Origin: Mobula hypostoma
Lineage: Eukaryota
DNA: 64,000 bases
Direction of reading: 5' to 3'
Assembly: GCF_963921235.1 (NCBI RefSeq)
Contig: NC_086098.1
Coordinates: forward strand, 4,588,001 to 4,652,000
Below the pieces are notes generated by a model. That model had not been told where the DNA came from. It did no database searches and was given only the letters and a program-made list of their open reading frames with translations. How positions within the stretch are numbered: the first letter of the stretch is position 1; every line of letters starts with the position of its first letter. Below are positions 35,709 to 47,061 of this stretch, in pieces. The position numbers were made by a program, and so were the translations under genes.

Positions 35709-37010
35709 TGTTACGTAACTGGCAACAATGAATATAAAGACTGGATGAACTGGGCTTGTACTCGTTGGAATTTAGAAGATTGAGGGGGGATCTGATTGAA
35801 ACGTATAAGATCCTAGAGGGATTGGACAGGCTAGATGCAGGAAGATTGTTCCCGATGTTGGGGAAGTCCAGAACGAGGGGCCACAGTTTGAGGATAGAGG
35901 GGAAGCCTTTTAGGACCGAGATTAGGAAAAACTTCTTCACACAGAGAGTGGTGATTCTGTGGAATTCTCTGCCACAAGAAACAGTTGAGGCCAGTTCATT
36001 GGCTATATTTAAGAGGGAGTTAGATATGGCCCTTGTGGCTACGGGGGTCAGGGGGTATGGAGGGAAGGCTGGGGCAGGGTTCTGAGTTGGATGATCAGCC
36101 ATGATCATAATAAATGGCGGTGCAGGCTCGAAGGGCCGAATGGCCTACTCCTGCACCTATTTTCTATGTTTCTATGAGACAGGTTATATAAAAACAACCA
36201 AACATTTATTAAACAGGGATAAACAATAAAAAAAAACAAACAAAAACCTTAACCGGAAGTTAACCGTTATGCAGCCGTTCAACAAATCGTCACTCGGCAC
36301 TGGTTCTTAAAGCATTAAATGCGAAAACAGTTCTTAAAGCGGTAAAGTCAGATATAGTTCTTAAAATGGTAAATTCGAAAGTCCAACAGATTTATACGTT
36401 CAATTGGGAGAGACTTCTCTGGAGAAAAGTTTCTTCATAGACACGACTTTCCTGTTGGTTCTGTCCAAAGGATTCATGATGCAGGAAATAAACAGTTTAA
36501 AACAACTGACCTTAAATTCTAGAGAACACCTTGCATGAACTCTTTGCTCGTTTGGCAAGAATCATCTTCGATGCAGGTCGCTACTCCTTCAACAAAGACT
36601 CAATAAGGTTGATCCCTTGTTAAACTGCCTAACGTACTCCTCTCAATCCTTCGGGTACTGTTCTTTGATAAAGTCTTCACTCTCCCGTATTACTGCTGGA
36701 ATAAGGTACATCAATACATCTAGCAAAAATTTCCAGTCCAGCACTATTGTACCTTGCAACAGAACGTAAAACTCCGTTTTAAAAAATGAAACTGGGTCAT
36801 AAAAACAAATACGCAATAAAAACGGAGACACATCAACGTTCTAGCTGGAAAACTAAAAACTAAAAACTAACTGCGTCATCTGGGGTCTCCCCTTATATAC
36901 CCGTGGTGCCCACGTCATCACATGACCTCACATCTGCGGGAAAATTACATCAGGTGACCTCCAAAAGACCATTACATCATTCTCACAAGATCTCCTTGAG
37001 GTATGTAACA
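35709..37010 (-). mobile_element. Solo LTR (family B) inside CR1 ORF1
   Basis: TGTTAC...GTAACA inverted termini, perfect TSD GTTA; minus-strand TATATAA near 36893 and AATAAA near 36205. Confidence 0.9.
35738..36175 (+). mobile_element. Young CR1 3' fragment inside the solo LTR
   Basis: ORF 35756-36085 is almost identical to the C-terminus of the ORF2 at 21510. Confidence 0.92.
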
Positions 37011-39962
37011 GTTATGAGAAATAACAGGAGGTTCTATGGGTGAGAACGAGATTCATTAGTAAGATTATACAATTTAATATGTGGCTAAGGAACTGGTGTA
37101 AGAGGGAGGAAATAAGATTTTTGGATCATTGGGTTCTCTTCTAGGGAAGGTGGGACCTGCACAGAAGGGACGATTTGCACCTGAACTGGAGGAGGACTAA
37201 TATCCTGGTGGGAAGGTTTGTTAATGCCGCACAGTGGGGTTTAAACTAGAGTTGCAGGAAGATGGGAACCAGAATGCCAGACCAGATAGTGGAGAGATTG
37301 TGGAGACAGATGTTGGTAAGACCTCAGACAAAGTTAGGAATCAAAAGGTTGAGCATGGTGCAACAAAATCAAAAAGGGTGAGTACAGGACTGAAGGTGTT
37401 GTATCTGAATGCATGCTGTATACGGAATAAGGTGGATGAACTTGCAGCACAGTTGCAGATTGGCAGGTATGATGTTGTAGGCATCACTGAATCATGGCTG
37501 AAAGATTATGACTGGGAGCTTAATGTTCAGGATACACATTGTATTGAAAGGCTAGGCAGGAATGCAGAGGGGCCAGTACTGCTCTGTTGGTAAAAAATGA
37601 AATCAAATTATTAGAAAGAGGTGACATTAGAAAAGGTGCTGAAACTTTGCAGATGGGGCTAAGGAAATGCAAGGGTAAAAAGCCCCTAATGGGAGTTGTA
37701 TACAGACCCCTAAACAGTAGTAAGGATGTGGCCACAAATTACAATGGGAAATAGAAAATACATACCAAAATGTACCAATAGTCATGGGGGACTTTAACAT
37801 GCAGATAGATTGGGAAAATCAGGTTGGTGCTGGATTACAGGAGGGGGAATTTCCAGTGTGCCTACAGGCGGCTTTTTAGAACAGCTCATTGTCGAGCCCA
37901 TGAGAGGATCAGCTGTCCTGGATTGGGTGTTGTGCAATGAACCGGAACTGATTTGAGAGCTTAAGGTAAAAGAACCCTGAGGGGACAATGATCGTAATAT
38001 AATCGAATTCAACCTAAAATCGGAGAAGGAGAAACTAAAGTCAGATGTATCAGTATTACAGCGGAGCAAAGGGAATTACCGAGGCATGAAAGAGGAGCTG
38101 GCCAGAATTGATTGGAAAAGAACACTGGCAGGGTTGACGGCAGAGCAGCAATGGCTGGAATTTCTGGAAGCAATTTGGAAGACAGGATATATACATCCCA
38201 AAGAGGAAGAAGTATTCTAAGGGAAAGATGGCACAACCCTGGCTAACAAGAGAAGTCAATGCCAACTTAAAAACCAAAGAGAGGGCATATAATAGAGCAA
38301 GCATTAGTGGGAAGCTAGAGGATTGGGAAGCATTTAAAAACCAGCAAAAGGCAACTAAAAAGGTCATTAAGAAGGTAAAAATGGAAAATGAAAGACAGTG
38401 CTAGGCAATGATATTGAAGAGGATACCATAAGTTTCTTCAGATACTTAAAGTATTTAAAGAGAGGCAGAGTGGATATTGGACTGCTGGAAAATGATGCTG
38501 AAGAGGTAGTAATGGAGGACAACAAAATAGCGGATGAACTGAATAAGTATTTTACATTAGCCTTCACTGTGGGAAACACTAGCAGTATGCTGAAAGTTCC
38601 AGCTGTCAGGGGGCATAAAATGCTTGAAGTTACCCTAACTAGAGAGAAGGTTCTAGGGAAACTGAAAGGATCTGAAGGTAGATAAGTCACCTGGACAAGA
38701 TAGTGCACACCATAGAGTTCTGAAAGATGTGGTTGAAGAGATTGTGAAGGCATTAGTAATGATCTTTTAAGAATCATTACATTCTGGAATGGTTCCAGAG
38801 GACTGGAAAATTGCAAATGTCACTCCACTCTTTAAGAGGAAGAAGAAAGGAAGCTATAGGCCAGTTAGCCTCACCTCAGTAGTTGGGAATATGTTGGAGT
38901 TAATTACTAAGGATGAGGTCTTAGGGTACTTGAAGGCAAATGATAAAATAGGCCATAGTCAGCATGGTTTCGTCAGAGAAAAATCTTGCCTGACAAATCT
39001 GTTGGAATTTTTTGAAGAAGTAACAAGCAGTATAGACGAAGGAGGATCAGTTGATATTACGTACTTGGATTTTCAGAAGGCCTTTGACAAGATGCCACAA
39101 ATGAGGCTGCTTAACAAGCTACGGGCCGATGATATTACAGGAAAGATTCTAGCAATTAGGCAGTGGCTGATTGTCTGTTGGCAAATAGTGGGAATAAAGG
39201 GAGCCTTTCCTGACTGGCTGCTGGCACCTAGTGGTGTTCTGCAGGGTCTGTGTTGGGACCAATTCTTTTTAAGTTATATATCAATAGCTAGAATGATGGA
39301 ATTGATGACTTTGTTGCAAAGTTTGCAATGAAGATAGTTTTGAGGAAGTAGAGAGGCTACGGAAGGACTTAGCCAGATCAGGAGAATAGGCAAACAGATG
39401 GCAGATGCAATGGAATGACAGTGTTGGGAAGTGAATGGTCATGTGCTGAAACTGGAGAGGGTTCAAAGTAGGTTCACGAAAATGACTCCAGGAATAAATG
39501 GCTTGTCATATGAAGGATATTTGATGATTTGATGTCTGTGGGCCTGTGTTCACTAGAATTCAGAAGAATGAGGGGTGGCCTCATTGAAACCTATCGAATG
39601 GTGAAATGCCTTGATAGAGTGGATTTGAAGGGGATGTTTCCTATGGTGGGGGAGTCTAAGACCAGAGGACACAGCCTCAAAATAGAGGGACGTCCTTTTA
39701 GAATGGAGATGAGGAGGGATTTCTTTAGCCAGAGAGCAGTAACCTGTGGAATTTTTGGAAGCAGCTGTGGAAATCAGGTCTTATATGTATGTTTAAGGCA
39801 GAGGTTGATAGATTCCTTTTTGGTTAGGGCTTGAAGGGATATGGGGAGAAGGTAGGAGTTTGGGGCTGAGAAGTAAAATGAGTCAGCCATGGTGAAATGG
39901 TGGAACTGAATCGATGGGCCAAATGGCCTAATTCTGCTACTATAGTTTATGGTTTATGGTAT

Positions 39963-42215
39963 CAGCTGAGCATCTCTCTCAAAGATGATGAACTGTTGCT
40001 CGCTCTTCCAAAACCCCTCCACATCGAAATGAAGGATTACTTACATCTACGGGTGGATTGAGAAATCTAACTCACCTTACGCCTCACCAGTCGTGTGTGC
40101 CAGAAAGAAAGATGGAAGCCTTCATCTCTGTACTGATTATATGGGCCTGAATAAGAAGACTATTCCTGACCACCAGCCCATTCCACGAGTGCGAGACACT
40201 ATGGACAGCTTAGGGAGTAGTAATGTTTGGTTCTTGCTGCTTGGCCAGGGGAGACCATACCAGCAGGGATTCATGATGAAGGAAAGCAGGCCACTAACAG
40301 CCTTCATATCCCCTTGAGGCTTGTATGAGTGGGTTTGAATCCTTTTGGACTCATGGAAGCACCCACAGTCTACCGTTTCATGGAGGAGTGCCGTGAAGGA
40401 TTAAGAGTTGAAGTCTATGTACTGTCACGCACCCCGTGATGGGAATAAAGAACCAGCAGAGATGGAAAACACTTTGGAGTCCGGTATTGCTATAAACTAA
40501 TAATATTTATTAGTAACTACGCAATACAGTAATATAAATGTAGATAAATCAAACAGGTTAGCAATGTTTATATAAGTAAGTATATCAGTAAGTGTGGAAA
40601 TATATGTATGAAAAACCAAGCTTCTTTAAGTCTAGGGGTAAAAAGATACAGTCTTACGATGATGAGTAAAGTTCAGTTCAGTTCAGTCCGTGGTATTGAG
40701 TTGAGTAGTGATGGAGAGAGAGAGGGAGAGATTTGAGTTTTCAGGTGAGCTGACGCCGTTGATCTTCTTGTTGTCCTTCGAAATCCTTTAAATGTCACCA
40801 ACTGTGACTTTAACAAAAGGGACTGGTTTTCTGTGGTGGAGCTATCCCCCCAGGCGAGGGTGGACGCATGGACAACTCCCCACCAGTCAACCCTTTTCCT
40901 CTTTCCACTGCAAGAGCGATGGATTGATCCGCCTGATCAATCCTCCAAAACCCACTTTTCCTGCAGGCACAACAATGCTCATTCAGTGTCCAGATCATGT
41001 GTCTTAGGTCTGTATCATTTGACCTTCTATTTATCTCACCGTACTGGGTACCACTTGACATTCAAATAACTCCTCCTCCCTCTCTCTGTGAAAAAATGCA
41101 AGCAGCCGAAAATCCTTGAAGAAAGTGTCAACAACCTGCCGAAAATCATAACATCGAGTGTCCATTTAATAACGCCCTCGGTCACCATAGTAACTTACGA
41201 GCTGCTCGTCTGTCTCCAACTCCAACTCAGTAGAAATCCAAAGTTACTTTCAGTGCCTTAAAGTGACAGTCCAACTGTTTATCTTCCTCTCTCTCTCTCT
41301 TTTACAAACAAGCTATCGGTGGTAAATAACTCTCTCTCTCTCTTTTCAAAAGCACAGTTAATAGGGGTAAACGAACACAGTTCATAGGGGTAATTCAGGG
41401 TCCCGTCACAATACCATACCTGGATGACACTCTGGTGTTCACTAAGACCTTCGATGAGCATGTTGATGCAGTGAGAAGAGTTCCACAGCAAATATAGGTG
41501 CGTGGAGTGAGACCTAAACCCTGTCAGGGTGAGTTCTTCAAGACTGTGGTTTGCTCCCCTGGGAGAATTGTGTCTGCAGGGAGAAATTGGATGGATCCTG
41601 CAGACACAGTGGCAGCAACAGTACTGAAAGAGAAGAGGTCAGGCACAGTGACAGACTCAGAAAGGTTATGTGTCTATTAAGCTGCTATCAGCAGCAGAGA
41701 TGACCAAAATCAGCTCAGTAGGGGTCGCACCCGAAAGACAAATAAGAAGAGGAGCTGTGTGCCCTCTTGCAAACCAACCACTTGGACAGAGACACATGAA
41801 GTATCTTTGGAGGAGCTGATTGACTGCCCAGTACAGCCACCTGTGCTGTGATTCTCAGACTTTGCACAACCATTCATTCTCCACATTGATGCCTCTAATC
41901 AGGGGCTGGGAGCCGTCCCGTATCAAAGCACAATGGCAAATTGAGAGTCACAGCTTTTCACAGACATTGACAAATGCAGAAAAAAAACTACCAATTACAC
42001 AGCAGGAAATTGGAATTCGTTGTCTTGGCCAATTACTGAAAAATTGAGGGATTACCTGTACTATGCCCCGTCATTCACAGTTTACAGTAACAACAACCTC
42101 CTCACGTATGTTGAATGGAACTGGAAATAGATGGGTTGCTGAACTGGCCGATTTCTATCTCACTATCCATTATCGCCCAGGAAAAGAGAATGTTCGTGCT
42201 AACTCTTTGTTCTGA
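39963..42215 (+). pseudogene. Gypsy RT / RNase H remnant (split by a solo LTR)
   Basis: SPYASPVVCARKKDGSL.LC.DY (40072-40140), IPYLDD (41411-41428), F.LHIDAS..GLGA (about 41875-41915), YRPGKEN..A (42171-42200). Confidence 0.85.
40423..41410 (-). mobile_element. Solo LTR (family A) inserted just upstream of the YLDD codons
   Basis: TGTCAC...GTCACA termini, TSD GTAC/ATAC; reverse-complement homologue of 3781-4611 with an extra internal segment. Confidence 0.9.
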
Positions 42216-42689
42216 ATGCTGGTATCCATGGAAACGTCTGTGAGTGAGAAAGACAATGTGGATGCTGGCTCTTTGTCCCGAATGGCAGTAGCCATGGAAA
42301 CGACAATGAGGGAGTGCACGGAAGCACTCTTGTCCGACTCAGTGGAAGTCACAGTCCAGCCATTGAAGTACGGCAAAGTGCAGTCATTCCTGGTCCATTG
42401 CAGTGTCTGTGCGGTTAGACACAGTAAATGTCGACTTGGTGAACACTGTCCAGGAGAGAGATCCGCTAAGCACAGGAAGAGGATGGTGACATCGAAATGA
42501 TAGTTGATTTTGCACACTCAGGTTTGAAGCCTCAAACACAGACATGAAGAAAGCGAGCCAGTGCTTTCTGCAAGAGCGGGATAAATTAGTATCGGATGAG
42601 GATGGCATCCTTCATTGGAAAACTACCAAGTGAAGCTCTGGTAAGACAGAGACTTTTCTAGCCTCACACGTAGAGGGACACTGAGCAGC

Positions 42690-43152
42690 ACTATGCGCTA
42701 CGAGTGTGTACATGTCTCAAACAAAAGAAACCGTGTCGGGAAACAAGAGATGACTCGAGAGCATTGTGATAATGAACTTGTCTCAGTTGACTTTCTTCAC
42801 CTAAACAAGTGCAAGGGTGGAGATAAGTACATTCTGGTGATTATCGACCATTTTATACGATTTGCACAGGCATACGCCACGGCCTTGAAATCAGGAAAAA
42901 CGGTCACTGACCGTCTTTTCGATAAGTTTGCCCTGATGTTTGGGTGTCCATCATGAATACACCATAACCAAGGGGTAGAATTTGAGAACCAGCTCTTCAT
43001 GTAACTGAGAAAACATAGAGCTGTGACCGTAGAGGGAAATGGACAAGAACTACACCGTACCACCCCCAGGGAAATGGTCAAGAACTACATGTAAACCCAC
43101 CCCCAGGGAAATAGACAAGAACTACACCGTACCACCCCCAGGGAAATGGCAG
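42690..43152 (+). pseudogene. Gypsy integrase core remnant
   Basis: ELVSVDFLHL..YILVIIDHF.RFAQAYAT..FG.P.*IH.NQG.EFEN..TTPYHPQGN. Confidence 0.9.
43034..43150 (+). repeat. Tandem triplication (35/37/35 bp) of the integrase TTPYHPQGN segment
   Basis: Units start at 43034, 43069 and 43106, with a partial at 43141. Confidence 0.9.
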
Positions 43153-43169
43153 ACATGCGCAAAATGGAA

Positions 43170-44733
43170 GAGGTCTGCCCTCACATCATCCACCCTACCA
43201 CCACACCAGCCTCCACATCCAGCATATAGTTCTCCAGAACTTCTGCCATCTCCAACGGGATCCCACCACCAAACACATCTTTTCCTCCTCCCCCCCACTT
43301 TCTGCAGAGATCGCTCCCTACTCGACTCCCTTGTCCGTTTGTCCCTCTCCACTGATCTCCCTCCTGACGCTTATCCTTGCAAGTGGAACAAATGCTACAC
43401 CTGCCCCTACACCTCCTCCCTCACTACCATTCAGGGCCCCAAACAGTCCTTCCAGGTGAGGCGGGAATTCACCTGTGTGTCTGTGGGGGTCATATACCAT
43501 GTCCGGTGCTCCCGGTGTGGCCTCCTGTATGCCAATGAGATCTGACATAGATTGGGAGACCGCTTCGCTGAGCACCTTCGCTTTGGCCACCAGAAAAAGT
43601 GGGATCTCCCAGTGGCCACCCATTTAAATTCCACTTCCCATTTCCATGCTGAAGTGTCTATCCATGACTCCTCCATTGTCATAGAACCATAGAAACTACA
43701 GCACAGAAATAGGCCTTTTGGCCCTTCTTGGCTGTGCCGAACCATTTTCTGCCTAGTCCCACTGACCTGCACACGGACCATATTCTTCCATACACCTCCC
43801 ATCCATGTATCTGTCCAATTTATTCTTAAATGTTAAAAAAGAACCCGCATTTACCACCTCGTCTGGCAGCTCATTCCATACTCCCACCACTCTTTGTGTG
43901 AAGAAGCCCCCCCTAATGTTCCCTTTAAACTTTTCCCCCCTCACCCTTAACCCATGTCCTCTGGTTTTTTTCTCCCCTTGCCTCAGTGGAAAAAGCCTGC
44001 TTGCATTCACTCTATCTATACCCATCATAATTTTATATACCTCTATCAAATCTCCCCTCATTCTTCTACGCTCCAGGGAATAAAGTCCTAACCTATTCAA
44101 CCTTTCTCTGTAACTGAGTTTCTCAAGTCCTGGCAACATCCTCGTAAACCCTCTCTGCACTCTTTCAACCTTATTAATATCCTTCCTATAATTTGGTGAC
44201 CAAAACTGAACACAATACTCATGATGAGGCCACACTCATATTGGAGGAACAACACCTTATATTCCGTTTGGGTAGCCTCCAATCTGATGGCATGAACATT
44301 GATTTCTTGAACTTCCAGTCATGGCCCCTCACCCTCTTCTTTACCGTTCCCCATCCCCTTTTCCCTCTCTCACCTTACCTCCTTGCTTGCCCATCACCTC
44401 CCTTTGGTTCTTCTCCCGCCTTTTCTTTCTTCCACAGCCTTCTGTCCTCTCCTATCAGACTCCCCTTTCTCCAGCCCTGTATCTCATTCACCAATCAACT
44501 TCCCAGCTCTGTACTTCACCCCTCCCCCTCCCAGTTTCCCCTATCATCTGGTGTTTCTCTCTCCCCTTCTCCCCACCTTTTAACTCGTCTTTTTTTCTCC
44601 AGTCCTGCCGAAGGGTCTGGGTTCGAAATGTTGACTACATTTTTTACCATGGATGCTGCCTGGCCTGCTGAGTTCCTCCAGCATTTTGTGTGTGTTGCTG
44701 GGAGTTCCAGCATCTGCAGATTTTCTCTTGTTT
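43170..44733 (+). mobile_element. Penelope-like element 3' part inside Gypsy, split by CR1
   Basis: GIY-YIG region (FTCVS.GVIY..RCSRCGLLY; LEEQHLIFRLGSLQ.DGMN) and pLTR with a degenerate hammerhead near 44600-44637. Confidence 0.9.
43681..44219 (-). mobile_element. CR1 3' fragment inside the Penelope element
   Basis: ORF 43753-44235 (EYCVQFWSP..FFTQRVVGVWN); TCAT repeated at both junctions. Confidence 0.92.
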
Positions 44734-45294
44734 GTAGCAAGGACTGCAATAGTTTTGGAGTAGAGCATATCCAACCTGCTGAGCAGCAAATGAGAGTTGA
44801 GGATTCACAATACTTCCCGGGACGAATGCCTGAGAAGGAACAATTGTTGAGCTCAGCTCTATGTGAACCAGTACTTGTCCCTGTATCTTTACCTGTCCCC
44901 GCACCTTCACCCAAACCAAGTGATTTTCCTGCATGTGCACCCATACCAGCTCCTGTATTTACTTCAGTGAATGATAACAACCAGATGGAGCAAAGAAAAG
45001 GGAGCTCAAATTTTCCTCGGAGAGAACGACAACCAGCAAAACGCTTTACTTACGATAGGGCTGACCCCACATGTCACAACATACAGACTGTAGACTATAG
45101 GCCACATCACTATCCGGCCTTGCCTTATAAGTATGTAACGTCAATGACTTCATGACCACCTGTGCCTCAGTCCCAGTATCAGCTACCCTGTGCCCACCAG
45201 AAACCAAAGGAATGTTCTGTAGAAGGAAAGTAGTGATTGCAAGTCTAACACTGGGAGGAGATGTCAGGACAACATCTACATGTGAGGGGGAGTG

Positions 45295-45472
45295 TGTGAC
45301 AATGCTGAAATCCGTTCAAATTGTTCAAATAATTTTTAAAACAGTTGAAATAATTTATTTAATGTGAATATGTTGATGAATAAAGGGACATTTATAAACA
45401 TGCAAATGTGTAGTTGAAAATTCTGAGAGTCTGTGTGTGAGGTATTTGTTCACGGTATTGAGCACTGAATCT
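45295..45472 (+). repeat. 3' LTR of the Gypsy element (truncated)
   Basis: Follows the PPT; homologous to 32700-32902. Confidence 0.8.
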
Positions 45473-45603
45473 ATCTTAATACTCCTTAGGAGGCCCAACA
45501 CTTTCACCTCCTTGACCTCTAAACACCCTAACGTGTTTATACAATCAACACTGACACAAATTTTCCCAGGCTAGTAACGCCATCACTCCTCCATTAATCT
45601 TCC

Positions 45604-45702
45604 AACACACATCAACGTTGCTGGTGAACGCAGCAGGCCAGGCAGCATCTCTAGGAAGAGGTACAGTCGACGTTTCGGGCCGAGACCCTTCGTCAGTGTT
45701 TA
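45604..45702 (-). mobile_element. 99-bp Penelope pLTR mini-insert with an intact hammerhead core
   Basis: Perfect 14-bp TSD TCCATTAATCTTCC (45590-45603 / 45703-45716); minus strand CTGACGA-AGGGTCTCGGCCC-GAAA-CG-TC-GACTG. Confidence 0.85.
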
Positions 45703-47061
45703 TCCATTAATCTTCCCTGCTCTGTTATGTCTAAAGCAATAGAACACCAAAATATTGAGCTGCCAGTCCCGCCCTTCCTCCAACCAACTCTCAGTAATGG
45801 CTGCAACGCCATAATTTCAGGGGCTGATCCGTGCACTGAGGTCATCCACTCATCCATCAATAAGAAAAGAAAATGATGTAAAGCTTCGGAAATTAGCATC
45901 AAACAGATCACATGTCAATTATGAAGAGGCCTGAAAAGAACTAAAGAAGGGATTAGAAAAGCCAGGAGGGGCCATGAGAAGTCCTTGGCAAGTAGGATTA
46001 ATGTCAATCCCAAGGCACTCTCTACATACATCAAGAGCATAAGAAAAGCTAAGGAGGGGTTGGGAGCAGTCAAGGATAAAGGGGGGAACATTTGTTTGGT
46101 TGCAGAGAAAGTGAGTGAGGTCTTTAATGAGTACCTTGCTTCAGTATTTACCAAGGAAAAGGATATGGAGGATCAGGAGATCGTGCTGAGTGTATATACA
46201 CGTAAAGGTGTTTAGAGGTCAAGGAGGAGAAAGTGTTGGGCCTACTAAGGAGTATTAAGGTGGATAAGTCCCCGAGCCCTGATGGGATTTACAACAGGTT
46301 ATTGAGGAAGGCAAGAGACCAGATTGCTGGGGCCTTGACCAGTATCTTCATGTCCTCTCTAGGCACAGGCGAAGTCCCGGAGGACTGGCGAGTGGCTAAG
46401 GAAAATCCTGGAAACTATAGACCAGTGAGTCTTGCGTCAGTTGTAAGGAAATTACTGGAGAAAACTCTTAGGGATAGAATATATGAGCATTTGGAAATCC
46501 ACAGTAAAATTAGGGGGAGCCAGCATGGCTTTGTGTGGGACAAGTCATGTCTCACTAACTTGATTAAGTTTTTTGACAAGGTGATGGGAGAGATTGGTGA
46601 AGGTAGAGCAGCGGATGTTGTCTACATGGATTTTAGTGAGGTGTTTGACACCAATTCCTCATGGGAGGATAATCCAGAATATTAAGATGCACTGGATCCA
46701 CGGCGAATTAGCTGTTTCAATTCAGAGCTCGCCTGCATACAGAAGACAGAGGGTAATGGTTGAAGGGACTTATTCGAGCTGGAAGTCTGTAATTTGTGGA
46801 GTTCCTGAGGGATCTGTGCTGGGACCTCTGCTGTTTGTGATATATATAAATGATCTGGATGAAAATATAGATGGGTGGGTTAATAAGTCTGCCAATGATA
46901 CCAAGACTGGTGGAGTTGTGGAGAGTGTAGAGGACCAGTAAAGAGTACAGCCCAACGCGGATCATTTGCAGATATGGGCACAGAAATGGTAGATGCAGTT
47001 TAACCCAGATAAATGTGAGGTGTTGCACCTTGGTAGGGCAAACACAACGGGACAGTAGAGA

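Larger units (their letters stand above)
35486..39958 (+). mobile_element. Near full-length decayed CR1 (ORF1 esterase, EN, RT, tail) inserted in Gypsy pol
   Basis: ORFs 37234 (YLNA..IRNK..VGITESW), 38789 (YRPVSLTS..YLDFQKAFD) and 39529; probable TSD GTATCA (35480-35485 / 39959-39964). Confidence 0.9.
32700..45472 (+). mobile_element. Decayed Ty3/Gypsy LTR retrotransposon with multiple nested insertions
   Basis: Homologous LTR starts TGTGACAA at 32700 and 45295; PPT GAGGGGGAG 45284-45292; gag, RT, RH and IN remnants in Gypsy order. Confidence 0.9.

Noticed and set aside
44193..45155. 320-aa ORF as a Penelope-Gypsy fusion gene
   Set aside because: Chance read-through across CR1, Penelope pLTR and Gypsy 3' junctions; starts at a non-ATG codon inside an antisense CR1.
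32700..45472. Endogenous retrovirus with env
   Set aside because: Gag and pol motifs are Gypsy-type, and there is no env-like ORF before the PPT.
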